64,000 nt of DNA from Phoronis australis. Lineage: Eukaryota; Animalia; Phoronida. The DNA is taken from NCBI GenBank assembly GCA_002633005.1, contig NMRA01000197.1:512587-576586 (forward strand), in the 5' to 3' direction. The position numbers and the translations under genes were made by a program. Below, in pieces: positions 27,790 to 40,041 of the stretch (position 1 is the first letter of the stretch; each line of letters starts with the position of its first letter). The notes below the pieces were generated by a model. It made no database searches. It was not told where the DNA came from and worked only from the letters and a program-made list of their open reading frames with translations.

Positions 27790-28785
27790 AAACATTGCGA
27801 GGGAGTCCATAATCAGGCATATCAGGTGCTGAATTACTGAATTACGTTCAATTCTCTCAGGTTATTGCTGAAGGATTGCTTTTCACTTTGTCCAACGGTG
27901 AAATAGATGGTCAGGCGGTTGGTTTCAGTTGTTTTTTTCTTGCCTGTAACAGAATAGAAATATTAGCAAATTGTAAAAGAAAAGGCAAGACAAAACTACT
28001 TTTGTAAGGCAGAACATACTTGACATTTCATCTTCATGTTTATGTGTAGAAACTAATAACCTTTGTACCCAAGTCTTATTTAATAACTGCATAAAAATAT
28101 GTGAAACAGGCTAAAAGTGATTTAACAATGTGTATTTTTCATGACACTTAAAATGTGCTTCTGATCTCAACAAGTAAAATTCATTCTAGGTGTCAATTTT
28201 TTTCCAATGCAATGTTACGACATTTACTGAATTAAGGCTTATTCATGTTAATTCGATAACTGAGCTGGTGGTCCTGGGGGTGGGGTCCACGATAAAATAA
28301 GGAAACTCACTCATCTAGAGAATTTTATTGGAAAGAGCATAGTTTTGAAGAGAAACTGCTGTGAAAAAGTCACTCTTGACTTCTGTGCATCACGTACCAT
28401 ACACCTCTTATTTTGGGAGCACTCCCACCCAGAACAATATGAATATGTGCTGCTAGCCTACCCGTCATCGGTGAGTTTCCAAAAAGAAACACTTAGTTCC
28501 ACACAACAAACCTGTTATTCAGTGGGGTAACTGGTGGGGATAACATCACCGAACGATGTTGATAGAAACTGATTGCTAAAAACTTACCAAGTAATGTTGT
28601 GTAGTCTCCGAATGGAACTGCATAGTCATAGAGCACACACGGGGCTTCAGCATCCACACACTTTTTGTCAGTTAGTTGACCCTGTTGACCGCAATTGTCC
28701 ACGAATATAGTAACCTTAGGTCTTTTGGGAATTTCTGGCCACCTGTCGAAGACTTGCACCAGGGAAATTAGCAGTAATAAGGCTT
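27790..28785 (-). pseudogene. THAP-domain transposase N-terminus in two exons (28785-28588; 27943 to ~27790)
   Basis: PYYC*FPWCKSSTGGQKFPKDLRL..SWTIAVNR...W...VCS...GDYTTLL G|GTAAG; acceptor gttacag| then KKQLKPTA*PSI (THAP AVPSIF-type motif). Confidence 0.65.
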
Positions 28786-29665
28786 AGCGCGATGACGTAT
28801 TTTGATAAAAATTCCATCTTTTACCAGTTGTTTACATGCAGACAGCCACGCATGCGCAATTTAATCACCACTAGTACAGCAGCGACACCGCGAGGAGAAT
28901 TCTCCGAATAGCCCCATTTGTGAACTAAAAATCCTGGTGCTATACATTTCAACAGCAACAAACGATATATACGTTTCTGATTCTCATTCTGTTCCAAAAT
29001 CTCTTATTTATGGTAACATACACCGGAAGTACCAGTTTTACTAATTTTAACTTTAAGGAATGAGTTTATTTATAAACTACTATGTGAAGTCCTACACTGC
29101 TGCCCTCTGTAATGATCTGTCAACAGTAGCTACACAGTAGATATTTTTCATTTTTATCTATCAACCTTTATATGCAAATTTCGGATATGTAGTTGGAGTA
29201 ATTAGTTTATCACATTTTTTGTAAACGTCAGGGTATGCTGTATTTTTACTGACGAAATGTAACTGTATCAAATTGCACAAAAGGTCCAATTAATTTATAA
29301 GATTTTAGATGAATGACTGATTAAATTCTTCAGAGCAACTGTGAGGGACCTATATTCTAAAATCCTATGTCTTGATGGGGTAGAAATCGTTTGCTTCTGG
29401 TATAATCATACTCCATCACAAAACCGATGAAGGATTTTGCAGAGAAATATTAACTCTTATGAAAAAAACGACTGATCTGCGAAACGTTTTAGTGACAGCC
29501 AAAGTTCCAACGAACCAAAACAAGTGCCACGTATGCGCGGCGCAACCTCACCAGCGTGCGATCGAAGTTGGCGTTCCGGGGCTAGGATAGATTATGTTCT
29601 GTTCATTTGGTACCGATATTTAGTAATCTGTGGTTCTATGTCTTCATCAAGCGTCAAATGATTAA

Positions 29666-30992
29666 AGGCGAAGGCAATCTTTTTTCATGTCACTTTTAGC
29701 AAAAATAAGGTTCGTCGATTATCCCAGACATATTTTTCATTTAATTTCAGCTTTTTGTAATTCAATTCATTTCTCGTCCTCTACTCCGGACGTGACGTTT
29801 TGGGAGGCAAGAATTTCGCGCCAATTTCTTTTCATATAGTCTGACTGTGAGAGCTGTCGAGTCAGTCACTGTTCTACCCCAGTTGAGAGAAGTTAGGTCG
29901 TCGTTTGCTTTTGTTTACGAGTCAGTTAACACGCCACGCTGTTGCTGCGTACCAGAATGTACTCATTATTCTCTCACGCGCGCTTTGGGTACCTTGCATC
30001 GCTTTCTGAAGGATGACACACTTCGCCGTACTTGGCTAGCTCGTTCGAGTGAAGAACGCAGTGCTACCCGTCCACGCAACGTACAAAGCAGTAGAGGGTT
30101 ACCGAGTGTGTGGCAAGCATTTTCTACCGTCAGATAACGACAGAGATATGTACGCTGAATTGATGAAGGACCCTGCGAAACAACGCCTAAAGAAGGGTGC
30201 CATACCGTCGCTGTTGATTCCCGGCAGTGCCCCGTCGAGAAGTGCGTTTTTGAAGCGAGAACTCGAGAACTCTCGCGAGCTGTGGCCACTATATACAGTG
30301 ACTGGAGGCACTTCATTTACTGTAATGCGTGCCTCCGAACGTACACCATAGCGTGCAATTCCGTGAACTAGCAGTGATTCGCGCTGTGCTGTTGTCTCTA
30401 ACCCAGAGCCTGTAAGAAGTCCTGCAGCAATGTTGAGTAGTGGGAGTGAATACAGGCCCAGTTCGATACCCAGTGAAGACGACAGTTCGTCGTCCAATGA
30501 ACAGATCGGTGAGCCAAAGTTTGATAAGTTTATTTTGGACTTGTCTACAGTATTGGAGGTATTTAGAAGGTGCCAGGTGTGTGGCGAGGGAGTAAGCATT
30601 TTGGGAAATCAGGTCACCATCCAGTGGGACTGTGTCGCGGAACACTCGGGCAAGTAGGACAGTTCTTCCTTTGTACGTGAGACGATAATGAGTACATCCC
30701 AGTACGCAGCAACAGCGTGGCATGTTGACTGACTCGTAAACAAAAGCAAACGACGACCGAACTTATCACAACCGAGGTAGAACAATGGCTGACTCGACAG
30801 CTCTCACAGTCAGACTATATGAAAAGAAATTGGCTCCAAACTCTTGCCTCCCAAAACGTCACTTCCGGAGTAGACGACGATTAATTAATTAAATTACGAA
30901 AAGCTGTAAATAAGTGAAACATATGTTTGGGATAATCAACGAACCTTATTTTTGCTAAAAATGACATGGCAAATGTTGCCTTCAGTTCGCCT
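29666..30992. mobile_element. Kolobok-like DNA transposon derivative, TTAA TSD, ~315-bp inverted arms, THAP transposase pseudogene
   Basis: ttaa|aggcgaaggcaa ... ttgccttcagttcgcct|ttaa; arms 29666-~29978 and ~30675-30992 are reverse complements. Confidence 0.8.
29931..30657 (+). pseudogene. THAP domain plus Kolobok-type C2 motif of transposase (frameshifted)
   Basis: PRCCCVPECTHY..LHRFLKDDTLRRTW / VKN..RVCGKHF..RLKKGAIPSL; downstream EPKFDKFILDLSTVLEVFRRCQVCG; start codon reads ACG. Confidence 0.75.
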
Positions 30993-32467
30993 TTAAACAG
31001 ATCAGCGCCATCTTGAGGATTAGGGAGGAGACAGATGACCCTTGACAAGTGGCTGTAACCACAGTTGGAGTGGCTAACTAAATTTTGACCGTATCACTGG
31101 TCTGGGCCTCTGAATGTCCTTGTTTACGCAACTGAGGACGCCTGAAAATGATTGACAGAAAGTACACCCTATGTTATTTTTCAATGATACAGACATTCAT
31201 TACCGCCATGTCTTTTTACCTTGCTTCGACCACCAGAAAAAATGAGATTCCAAAAGTGACTAAAAGCGCGATTTTGGCTTTTTTAACTAAAATCACAAAT
31301 TCACGTCTGCAAGAGCGGAAACCAGAATGCGAATGCTCTTTCACTCTAGATTTCAGAAATTTAAGTTAAAATATGTCATTACCAACCAGATTTTTGACAA
31401 TTTCCTTTGAGTGAAGAGTACCGGTCCCTAACTGGAGTATGGTCAACAATTCAATACTGAACAAAATGGCGGCACTACCGTATCCGAGTAGACAAGACAA
31501 GAACAGAGGCCAAATTTCTAGACTCAGTTTACACAGCTTCAAAGATTACTGCTGAATACCTTTCCTGGAAATCCAATCAATTCCCATTTTGTTAAAAAAA
31601 CTGCCGTCAAATGGGACCCACCCCATTTTCCTCATTTTGGACGAGCTACAAAGGCCTGAACCGAGGCTTACACCAGTGACGATTGGAAGTGAGATTTATA
31701 CTGAGTCTCCAGTATTGAAGAAGCGATTCAGATTCACTGACAACGAGATCACAGAGTGTCACTCATAAACAAAGATGACGTCCGGCAAAGATGTTTGACC
31801 GCACGACTGCCACTGATGTAAAAAAAGTAAAAATAACTGTGGGCGGTAAGCAGTAATTCTCGAATCCCGATCATTTTTCACACAATCCCGATTCTCAAAA
31901 TTCAATATTTAATCCCGAATCACGACGATTTGAATCGCAATTTCTAAATTCCCACAGTCAAATTCGCTTCGATCCTGCTTCCAATTAATTTCCACACCCG
32001 GCGAATCACGGAATTTTCCCGCATTTCCCGGATCGCGGCCCCGGGGATCGATCACGATTCCCGAAAAAGCCTTTCTCCCTCTTCAGAAAAACTCAGTACC
32101 AGACATCACCACTTGTCTTTTGTGGAATAGTTTACCACAGTATCTTCAAAGTTAAGTTTTCTCCTGATCCGTCAAAAGAGCCACTTCGAGTGATGCAATA
32201 TCCGTGTGGCTCATGGTCATGGTCTTGTGCTTCCTTCTGTCCCGCCATAGAAATCTAGCCCTGGGCTGGAGTTTTTGACGACAATAGCACAAACAGGTGA
32301 TCTGAATAGCATATATTCGAATCTGAGATAAAAGCAAGTGAGGTAAGTACAGTTCCTGAATCACGGCCATTTGGCGTTATCTAACGACTGACATCGAACA
32401 CTTTAATGTTTAGAACACTCGCGGCTACCTGTCGTCCCATTGATCAGTAGGCTTTCCGTTCTGCCTT

Positions 32468-33781
32468 ATGAAAATCGCACAGGTCTGCGACCGATGTCCT
32501 GCAATGATGGCTGCTGGAGAGCAAAAAGTACCACTTCATCAGATCTTGGTGAGCTTTACCATCGGACACCAATGCTCCATACTCGTCGACAGCATCACAA
32601 CACAGTTGCCCATACTGGTCCAGACACTACCCGAACTTTGGGACTTTCCCGTGGTCTTAAGTTTCTGGCACGCTCTAGTCTGCACACTTGTGTCGCTAAT
32701 CGTTCTGGCTCTGACGAATTTAACGAATGTTATTGACGTTCTCCACCGACACAGACCAGTGCTGCTGTTAACGCTGAATATTCTTAAGGTCGTTCTCATG
32801 GTTTTTATGATTACTAACTGGGAGAGAACGTCAATTGTGTACGGTAAAAAGTGCAGCATCGCGTTTCAAGTGATCTGGGTGTTGATAATTTCAGTGGGAA
32901 AAGTAGACTTCTTATTTGGTTTGGCGTATGTCGCATCGCTTTCTCAAAGGTGTGTGACTGTGTTCTTCGCTGGAGTGGGTTGCAGTGGCATCATTTACGG
33001 ACTCGTCACGTTTTTCCAAGGTGCCGGAGATTTTGATTGCGTCAACGAACCGCAAAACGCAACGCAGTGGTCTAAGAACATGACCACTGGCGACAAATCA
33101 GACAACATGAGAGACTGGAATAATAGCTTGGATTTCACAGGCGGGCATGAAGTAGTTGTTTTTAGGCCGCTGTTGTTTACCGTAGATTCCTATTTTAGCA
33201 TCGTAACGGGCATTACCTTTTGCTGCTGCGGTTCACTTCTCTGCCACGTGATTTTTCTTCGTCTGCGACCAACGGATGATGACACAGAAGTCATCAAGCT
33301 CATATCCCGGGGCGACACTGATGCTAGCAATGTCAAAGGAGTAACTGACATCACAAAGACCGATAATCTTAAGGAGGCAAAATATCGGACGAGTGAGATA
33401 GCTAAAGAAAAGTCAGGGACCCGAACTGCAAAGGTCTCAACTCCAGAAGATGACAGCGACACCTTGAGAGTGAACGCCATTGTAGTGATTGTGTACGGGT
33501 GCTCGCTAAGAGGATTGACTCAAGGTGCCTCTGAGCCGTTGATGACATATGCAACTTTGCCGTATGGTAACTTATCATTCAGCCTATGTCGGCGGCTTTC
33601 TTCTGCCGCAGAACCTCTTGCAAGTATTGTGTACGCCATTTTCCCTACCCAGTCTATACGGGTCTTGACTTTGACATTTGGAACGTACGTAACATTCCGT
33701 GTATACGTTTGTGTAGTAGCCGTTATGAGCCCTTCACCCCCTTTCGTCTCAACTCACCCTGTCCTTGACAGTAGCTTAGTG
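32468..33781 (+). CDS. SLC52: SLC52 (riboflavin transporter/GPR172)-like protein, exon 1
   Basis: QLPILVQTLPELWDFP, FFAGVGCSG..FFQGAG..C, TYATLPYGN, SSAAEPLAS, AVMSPSPPFV match SLC52 motifs; phase-0 donor GTG|GTAAGT; true start may be the later MMAAGE Met. Confidence 0.8.
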
Positions 33782-34914
33782 GTAAGTATTTCTTGTTCAT
33801 TTCTAAGGGCAACTTGTTTAATTATTTGAGAATTATTTAAAGAGGCCTAAATTGGCGATATTCGGAATAGTTCTCCGCCAATAAAATAGAATTCAACGTG
33901 CTCACCAAGTACTTTACGGTTTGTTTGTAAAGATTTTGAATTTCTGTTGATATCAAAGCATTTTTCTTTTGGTTTCAAATTTCAGAAAACTGCTTGTCAC
34001 TTTGTCAATTTTTCTCCCACAAGTAAATCTCCTTATTTGGTATAGCAAGACATAGACGCACATGTAACACATTTCCCTTTTATGGAAAATGTCAACTTGA
34101 ACCGGGATTTCCTATGTCACTTTTGATGTAAACAAAACAATGGCGACCTCAAGCGGCAGCCACCCCGATTAAGAGGCAACTGATGTAAGTCATAACTTTT
34201 TAAGTTGAAGGTATCATAGTATTGACATATCATCTAAAGACACTTGGAATTACTTTTGGAAAACTGCTTGCTTCACTGGCAAACCTCATACTGTGATGTC
34301 GACCTCAGATTGGGAGTGTGATCACACATGATAATCTGCCGCTAATATCCATCTTGTCAGTCAGCTGTTTGTCGAACGACTGTGAGCGCACGCTCGCATT
34401 TATGTAAGTGAGAGGGAGATTAGAAATTCTGCGGTGACTACAAAGTTTTTTCCTTCGTGCGTAATTAAAAAATGTGAGTTTTGGGGTTTCTTTGGAAATT
34501 CCCTCACAGGGGAAAGTGAATAATTTTGTAGTGGATGTTGCCAGATGGTACTTTCGTCTCATTACGCACCCGCACTGCGGAGGGAGTAACCTATCTACAG
34601 CTAACGGGTGGTTAACAAACGTATTCAATAAATATGGGCGCCCTGTACATGACCAAGCTGTCACAACGTTCCATTGACAATCATTATTTGAGTAATATAA
34701 ATGTACATAAAGATTCCCCTAACACTTGGCCGTGGGATAGAAATCACAACAGTTTCTGTCAGCAAACACTGAATTAGCATTAGCTCACACGAACACTCAC
34801 AAAGGCATTACAAATTGCATCTAATGAGACAGACTTTGTTTCAGTTTTATATAAGTACTGGTAAGGGTGAGAATAATTCATTTTGAAACAGAACGCTCAG
34901 TAATAAACGTCAAC

Positions 34915-35095
34915 ATGGCAACTCGCAATCCTTACTGGACGAGGGCTCATGCCGACAAAGACTTCGCAGGTGGATCGTTAAGTTTCTCAGGTTATCAGTT
35001 CCAACAGGAATACAGTGATGAAGAAATACTAGAGAGGCGCCGGAAACAAGCTCAGACAACGGAACGTATGGATAGTTATTTGGTAAGCTGGCATT
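34915..35095 (+). pseudogene. Possible KolX (P2X7 ballast-like) N-terminal remnant
   Basis: GYQFQQEYSDEEILERRRKQ...ERMDS resembles the PY.FEPEYS.EE...R start of Kolobok accessory proteins. Confidence 0.35.
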
Positions 35096-35099
35096 CGTC

Positions 35100-35307
35100 A
35101 GGCACTGTCCCGCGACGACTGCAAGCCACACACACGGAGATGTTTCACGGCCTCTCACTTGCTATTTACAGCGTACTTTTCATTCTTCACTACTGCGAGC
35201 CACTTCCTAAGCATTTCGGACTCTCGAAGAAGTCGAAAAAACGATATACCCGCTTTCCTCGCAGCTGCATAGTTCGGACAAGCACGGAGAACGATGCACC
35301 GCAACAT
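35100..35307 (-). pseudogene. THAP-domain remnant in SLC52 intron
   Basis: MLRCIVLRACPNY..KAGISFFRL.RESEMLRKWLAVVKN...K*EAVKHLRVCGL. Confidence 0.65.
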
Positions 35308-37406
35308 AGCTGCAAATGAACCACTGACGTCGCTGCGTCGTTTCTCACCTTCCTCACACGTTAACGCGACACCTCTCGGCAAGGTAAGGTCGACTGTATG
35401 CGAGGCGATGTGGATATAGACCGATTAAGACGACAAAAAAGACTAATTAAATCGGGTGGCATTCTCCTTTCACTGTTGAGCTAGGCCTGGTAGCAGAGCT
35501 TAGGCGCATGAGCCTACACGCAGGACATTTGAGTACAAAAACCTAGCGAAATGTAACCGGCTACACACATTCGCATATTGTTCCAAAGTACAGGGTATCC
35601 AGACTTCCCTACCCGCTCACAATATGCTTCTCTCGTGGACGCCATTCCTGTCTTGCGGACGCTATTCCTGTCTTACGGACGCCATTTCTGTCCACGGTTC
35701 CACTACTTTTTTCGCGTCACAGGGAATGATGTGTGGGAGCACGGCTGCCCAATGTACCAACGAAAAAACATATCCATGTGAGGCAAAAAGTTTGAACAAG
35801 CCAAAGTTGGGAAGCCTAGGCATCCTGCCCATTTCTCAGATGGTTGTGGCATCGGATACCCTGATGACAGCTGTACTATGTTAAACATTTGAATTATTTC
35901 TGAAATCCATGGAAGTTTTGCGGTATATTTCATTAATGAGATCAGCGCCAAGAAAAACACCCTTTCAGACAGGTTCAAATAGTTGCCAGAAACTCGTTCG
36001 TTGTCGTTTCTCGTCATATTTCACTCTGATCATGGGCGTGCACCCTTATCACACATCGAAAAAATTGTTCTGCTTCAGTTGCAGAGAAACACTTTGGTTT
36101 TGGCGTTTCATGTCACTTTAAGGGTGTGTCTGCACCCCTGATATTGTCATACGAAAATACTCTGCAACCCGGCTTCAACGGCCTATGCATACACATGTTT
36201 GAATCATGGTGACCGTTCGAGTGAACTACTACCGCTGAAACACCAGGTATATAATGTTTTAAACGTAGTGTTTTTGACAGAATATCCAATCTTTATAGCT
36301 AGAATATTCGCCTCACACATCTTATTACTATGACAGTTTGTCTGTTGTGACTATTTCGGCTTGTACACTCAGCTCTTGTGTACTGGCCTGGTACCGACAA
36401 TATCACTTTAAGGGTCAATGCTTGTGAATGGTCACGTGGTTTCCTGGCATGGACAGTTTCTAGCATGATGAATTTTCGTTCCTGATGTATTAAATTTTCG
36501 GTCATGGTGTGCTGAATTTTAGTCCTGAAATGTTAAATGGACATGGTAAGTTATAGGTCCTGTTGCAATAAGTTTTCGGTCCCGATTTCATAAATTTTGG
36601 TCTCGAGTTTTTGGTCTTACACAATGGAAATATTGTTTTGGACTGTTTTCAGTTCTTGCATAAGTCCGTATGAAGTCTAGTTTTGAGATATTTATTTTTG
36701 ATTGTGCAGAATAAAATTAATGTTGATAAAATTTAGAAAATATGTGTCCTGGACTTTCTTCGGTTTTGACCTTTCATAGTAATTCTGTAATGGTGTAACA
36801 GCTTTATCATACACAGATTCAACGAGTGCCATCATCTAGGTCTAAACATCAGGCTGGCACAATGGGCGAAATCCTAGGGAAAACAATTTGAGGAACAAGA
36901 CAGGTTTCGCCAGAAAAGATCAACACGTGACCAAATATTTGTCTTCCAATCAATGGGCAGACGGTTCTATTGAGTTTCCGTCAATTTTTCCTCCACCTTT
37001 GACACTGCCCCCCGTAACTTCTTGTAGTATCCCCTCTTAACCGAAGGTGTACACGGAAAATTATGACAGTGGTAGTGTATAAGTACTGTTCTCGAATTCC
37101 CAAAGCCATACCTGATATATCTACGTATGCAATAGGTATCCGGTGTTGGTGGTGGTGGTAGTAGGGGTGTAATATGAGCCTGTGATTGTTGTGAGCGTGT
37201 GGGGGTGTTGTAGCCCCTATACGCTTCCATAGTACTCTTTCAAATGACAATCAAAACAGTACATCTGCAATTACTTTCGGGAAAAGGTTTATTCTGCAAG
37301 TTGACTTCGCTTTCGTTGTCGTCTTCCCTTTTTTCATTCAATTTTGCCGAGTGTCGCTCCTCAAGAGCGATCCCATTTCTTACACTTTACGCACGTTATC
37401 TTTCAG

Positions 37407-37613
37407 GTTTCGTCATATATTTTGTTGTCGTTGATCAAAGGTTACTTGCGATGTGGCTTGGCAACGACGGCTACTGGAATGGGACAAAAGACGTTGAGGC
37501 ATTGCAGCGTGGCCCCAGCATTTGTCTGCCTCGACGTGTTCAAACTGCTGGCCGATATTCCTCAATGTTCTTACCAGAAATCTCTACTAACATACTTTCA
37601 TACTAGATTTTAA
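37407..37613 (+). CDS. SLC52: SLC52-like protein, terminal exon
   Basis: Acceptor atctttcag| in phase 0; VSSYILLSLIKGYLRCGLATTATGMGQKTL...VFKLLADIPQC aligns by eye with the SLC52 last exon (VLSWVL...SYVK...G..AL...F....C). Confidence 0.65.
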   Translation, partial: VSSYILLSLIKGYLRCGLATTATGMGQKTLRHCSVAPAFVCLDVFKLLADIPQCSYQKSLLTYFHTRF

Positions 37614-37776
37614 CTTGACTCGACAATCTGTCACCGAATGTGTTATTGTATTTTAGCATCATTTTGATTTGGTCATCATATTACATAACTTTCACTTGAT
37701 GTTTACTGCCACTTTCTCAGGGAAGGGGATTACTAATACTTCCAACTGTTAGTGAACACAGTGCATCCCTTATACG

Positions 37777-37883
37777 TACATGTTATTTGATTGGTTGACT
37801 TGTAGCCTTTATATTCCTACATGTAATTTGATTGGATGACTCGTAGCCTTTATATTCCTACATGTAATTTGATTGGTTGACTT
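37777..37883. repeat. 41-bp tandem repeat, ~2.6 copies
   Basis: tacatgt(t/a)atttgattgg(t/a)tgact...gcctttatattcc at 37777, 37818, 37859. Confidence 0.85.
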
Positions 37884-38772
37884 GCTCAGCTCTTCAAGGC
37901 AGTGTTTGTTTCAAACTCTGCAGTTTATTACAATAGGACTAGTTAGACGCAATCTCGTTGTTTCTATCTGTTTCAACGAACCACCTCTGCGTACATGCCC
38001 GAATCGCACTTTCACTTGTGTTTTTGTTTTTCTTTTCTTTCCCTGTACTTGAGTTATTCTAATAAATATTTTATTACTGTAAAGGCCCGTTGATGTATCT
38101 TATTTCAGGATGAAGACAACCTGATGCGGCACAGCAAGGAATTCAATTGTTTGCATATCTCAGTACCAGTTTAGCCCCTTATAGATAGGTGTATCGTTCA
38201 AAACATGGCGCTGAAAAAATATGAATCAGTCTCTACCACAACAAAATACAATTTATTATTAGTATAAACCAAGAAAATTTTCCACAAATTTGTCTCGTAT
38301 ATCTTTGTACCGAGAGCTTACGATATCAATACTGCTCCCACAATGGAATTTGTCGAAACGCTGAAGCCTTGAAATGTGCGCATTTTTATCGCCATCGTCG
38401 ACACCTTTCAATGTGCTCCAAAATTGGGCGTAAGGTTTTCCTAAAAAGAAAAAAGAGTCTGTGACAATCCTGAATATGTTGGAGCCATTTCACAATCTAG
38501 TCATGGATTGTCCCGAAGTTGACCTTTGTGTTAATAATCACCAAGACATGCCTAATAATGAAGTGTGGTTTGGCCAAACATTTAGATTTTGTTGTTGAAT
38601 TCACATAGTTGTAGTCCAGTGGAAAATCTAGTGAATATCAATATAGCCTTTGAATTTTGCAAGTCAACGTGAGCGATTTTAGGTTGGGAAACAAGTTCAC
38701 GTTGGACGAAGGCCACCTTGCCAAAACTAAAAAGTGCGTGAGTAAACTCGTCGATATTTAGAAACTGAACTA

Positions 38773-39095
38773 CAGTGGCGGATTTAGGGGGAGGGGGGTC
38801 AAGGGTACCATGCCCCCCTAAAATTCTCCCAGATACAACTTAGCAGTTCGGGGTGCGAATTGCTGACTAGCACATGCGCCATGAGCGCACCCAGGGGGGC
38901 TCGGGGGGCGAATGCACAATGCATGGGCCTTGAACAAACCCCGTTTACCGTTTTTTTATTTTAGTAATACGGTCCACAAATCCAAAAATTCGAGACCCCT
39001 GCATCCCTACATTTTAGGCTGGGCGCACGCGTTTGGCGAAATTCTGGTTATTCCTGTACCCTGCCCCCCAACTCAGATTCCTGGATCCGCCCCTG
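38773..39095. mobile_element. MITE family A with a nested degenerate family B copy (~38880-39031)
   Basis: cagtggcggatttagggg ... ggatccgcccctg, interrupted by catgagcgcacccagggggg ... aggctgggcgcacgcg; no TSD seen. Confidence 0.7.
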
Positions 39096-39967
39096 TGTAG
39101 AGACCAATTAATTTTAGTTCATACAGGCCAGAGTTTATTATAGATACGAGATAACAGGTGTCACATAACACTAGGTGGCGATAGGGTAGCTGTTAGGCAA
39201 CTTATTGCCTGGAATATTAGCAGTACCATATTTGTCACCGTTCTTTTATGCTCTGTGTCGATCATACCATCAAACTGACGCTTATTCTATGATGTGATAG
39301 TGCCCAACGTCTCAAAAGAGTTGTTTATAGAATGTTACCTGTTAGAATCTGTAAAAAATTCCCAAGACCGAAAAAAATGTCAGCGTCAAGTTCTGGAAGC
39401 TTACCAGGAAAAAGCTGGCACCAGACACGAGCTCGAACTACACGCAGCAGACTTAGTTCCTCTGTTTGGGTGCCCTGGTGCTGGACTAGGAGCTCCATCA
39501 ATTTGCCTAGCTTCCATTTCCAAGGCACCTCAACAAAAAATACTGAACCAGTTATTACTTCCATGCCATGTATGATTCGTATGCTGTGCATGTAGTGACA
39601 CCTAACGCCTACTCAAGAAGAAGTTTTCCAGGCTACGGATTTCAACGGGAAAAGAAATAAAAATGGCCAAACCGCTCCTCTCTTCTGTTTCAAAGTCGCG
39701 TATCAGCTACAGTCTGGTGAACTGTTACCTTGAAAAGGGTTTGAAGTAATAAACCGAAACGTCGGACAAATATGTTTTTATTTACGTTCGCGCTCTTCTT
39801 AAAATTCGTGCTTCTGTTTTGGCCTAAAACGAATCTGACTAGTCTGGTGGTCATTGAAAACAAAAACAGCTGAGAGAGATTAAACTGAAGCTAAACGAGA
39901 CATAGTAAATATAGACGCTGATGTTGGCTAATAGTGAATAAAATGAATAAACACAAAAAATCAGCAA

Positions 39968-40041
39968 TACCAACAGGGCGCCGAACCAAAGGTATCTAGA
40001 TTGCCGGTCTAGTGCTCCTACCACTGACCAACTGAAGACCC
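39968..40041 (-). other. tRNA-like sequence (SINE head or tRNA pseudogene)
   Basis: Minus strand ggtcttcagttggtcagtggtaggagcactaga-ccggcaa-tctagatacctttggttcggcgccctg: D-arm-like, ctaga/tctag anticodon stem, degenerate T arm. Confidence 0.45.

Larger units (their letters stand above)
25752..28915. mobile_element. Decayed ISL2EU-like DNA transposon (GGGGCTATTCGGA TIRs) with convergent SAP/YqaJ and THAP genes
   Basis: ggggctattcggaaaat ... attctccgaatagcccc|at; subterminal gtactagtggtgat / atcaccactagtac; internal YqaJ and THAP pseudogenes. Confidence 0.75.

Noticed and set aside
28493-28759. Listed 88-aa ORF as a real protein
   Set aside because: Mostly an alternative frame of the THAP pseudo-exon and reads through its splice donor
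30099-30599. 166-aa minus-strand ORF
   Set aside because: Antisense shadow of the THAP transposase pseudogene; no recognisable motifs
33782-33829. C-terminus of the 453-aa ORF
   Set aside because: Intron read-through after a GTAAGT donor; a matching terminal exon exists at 37407
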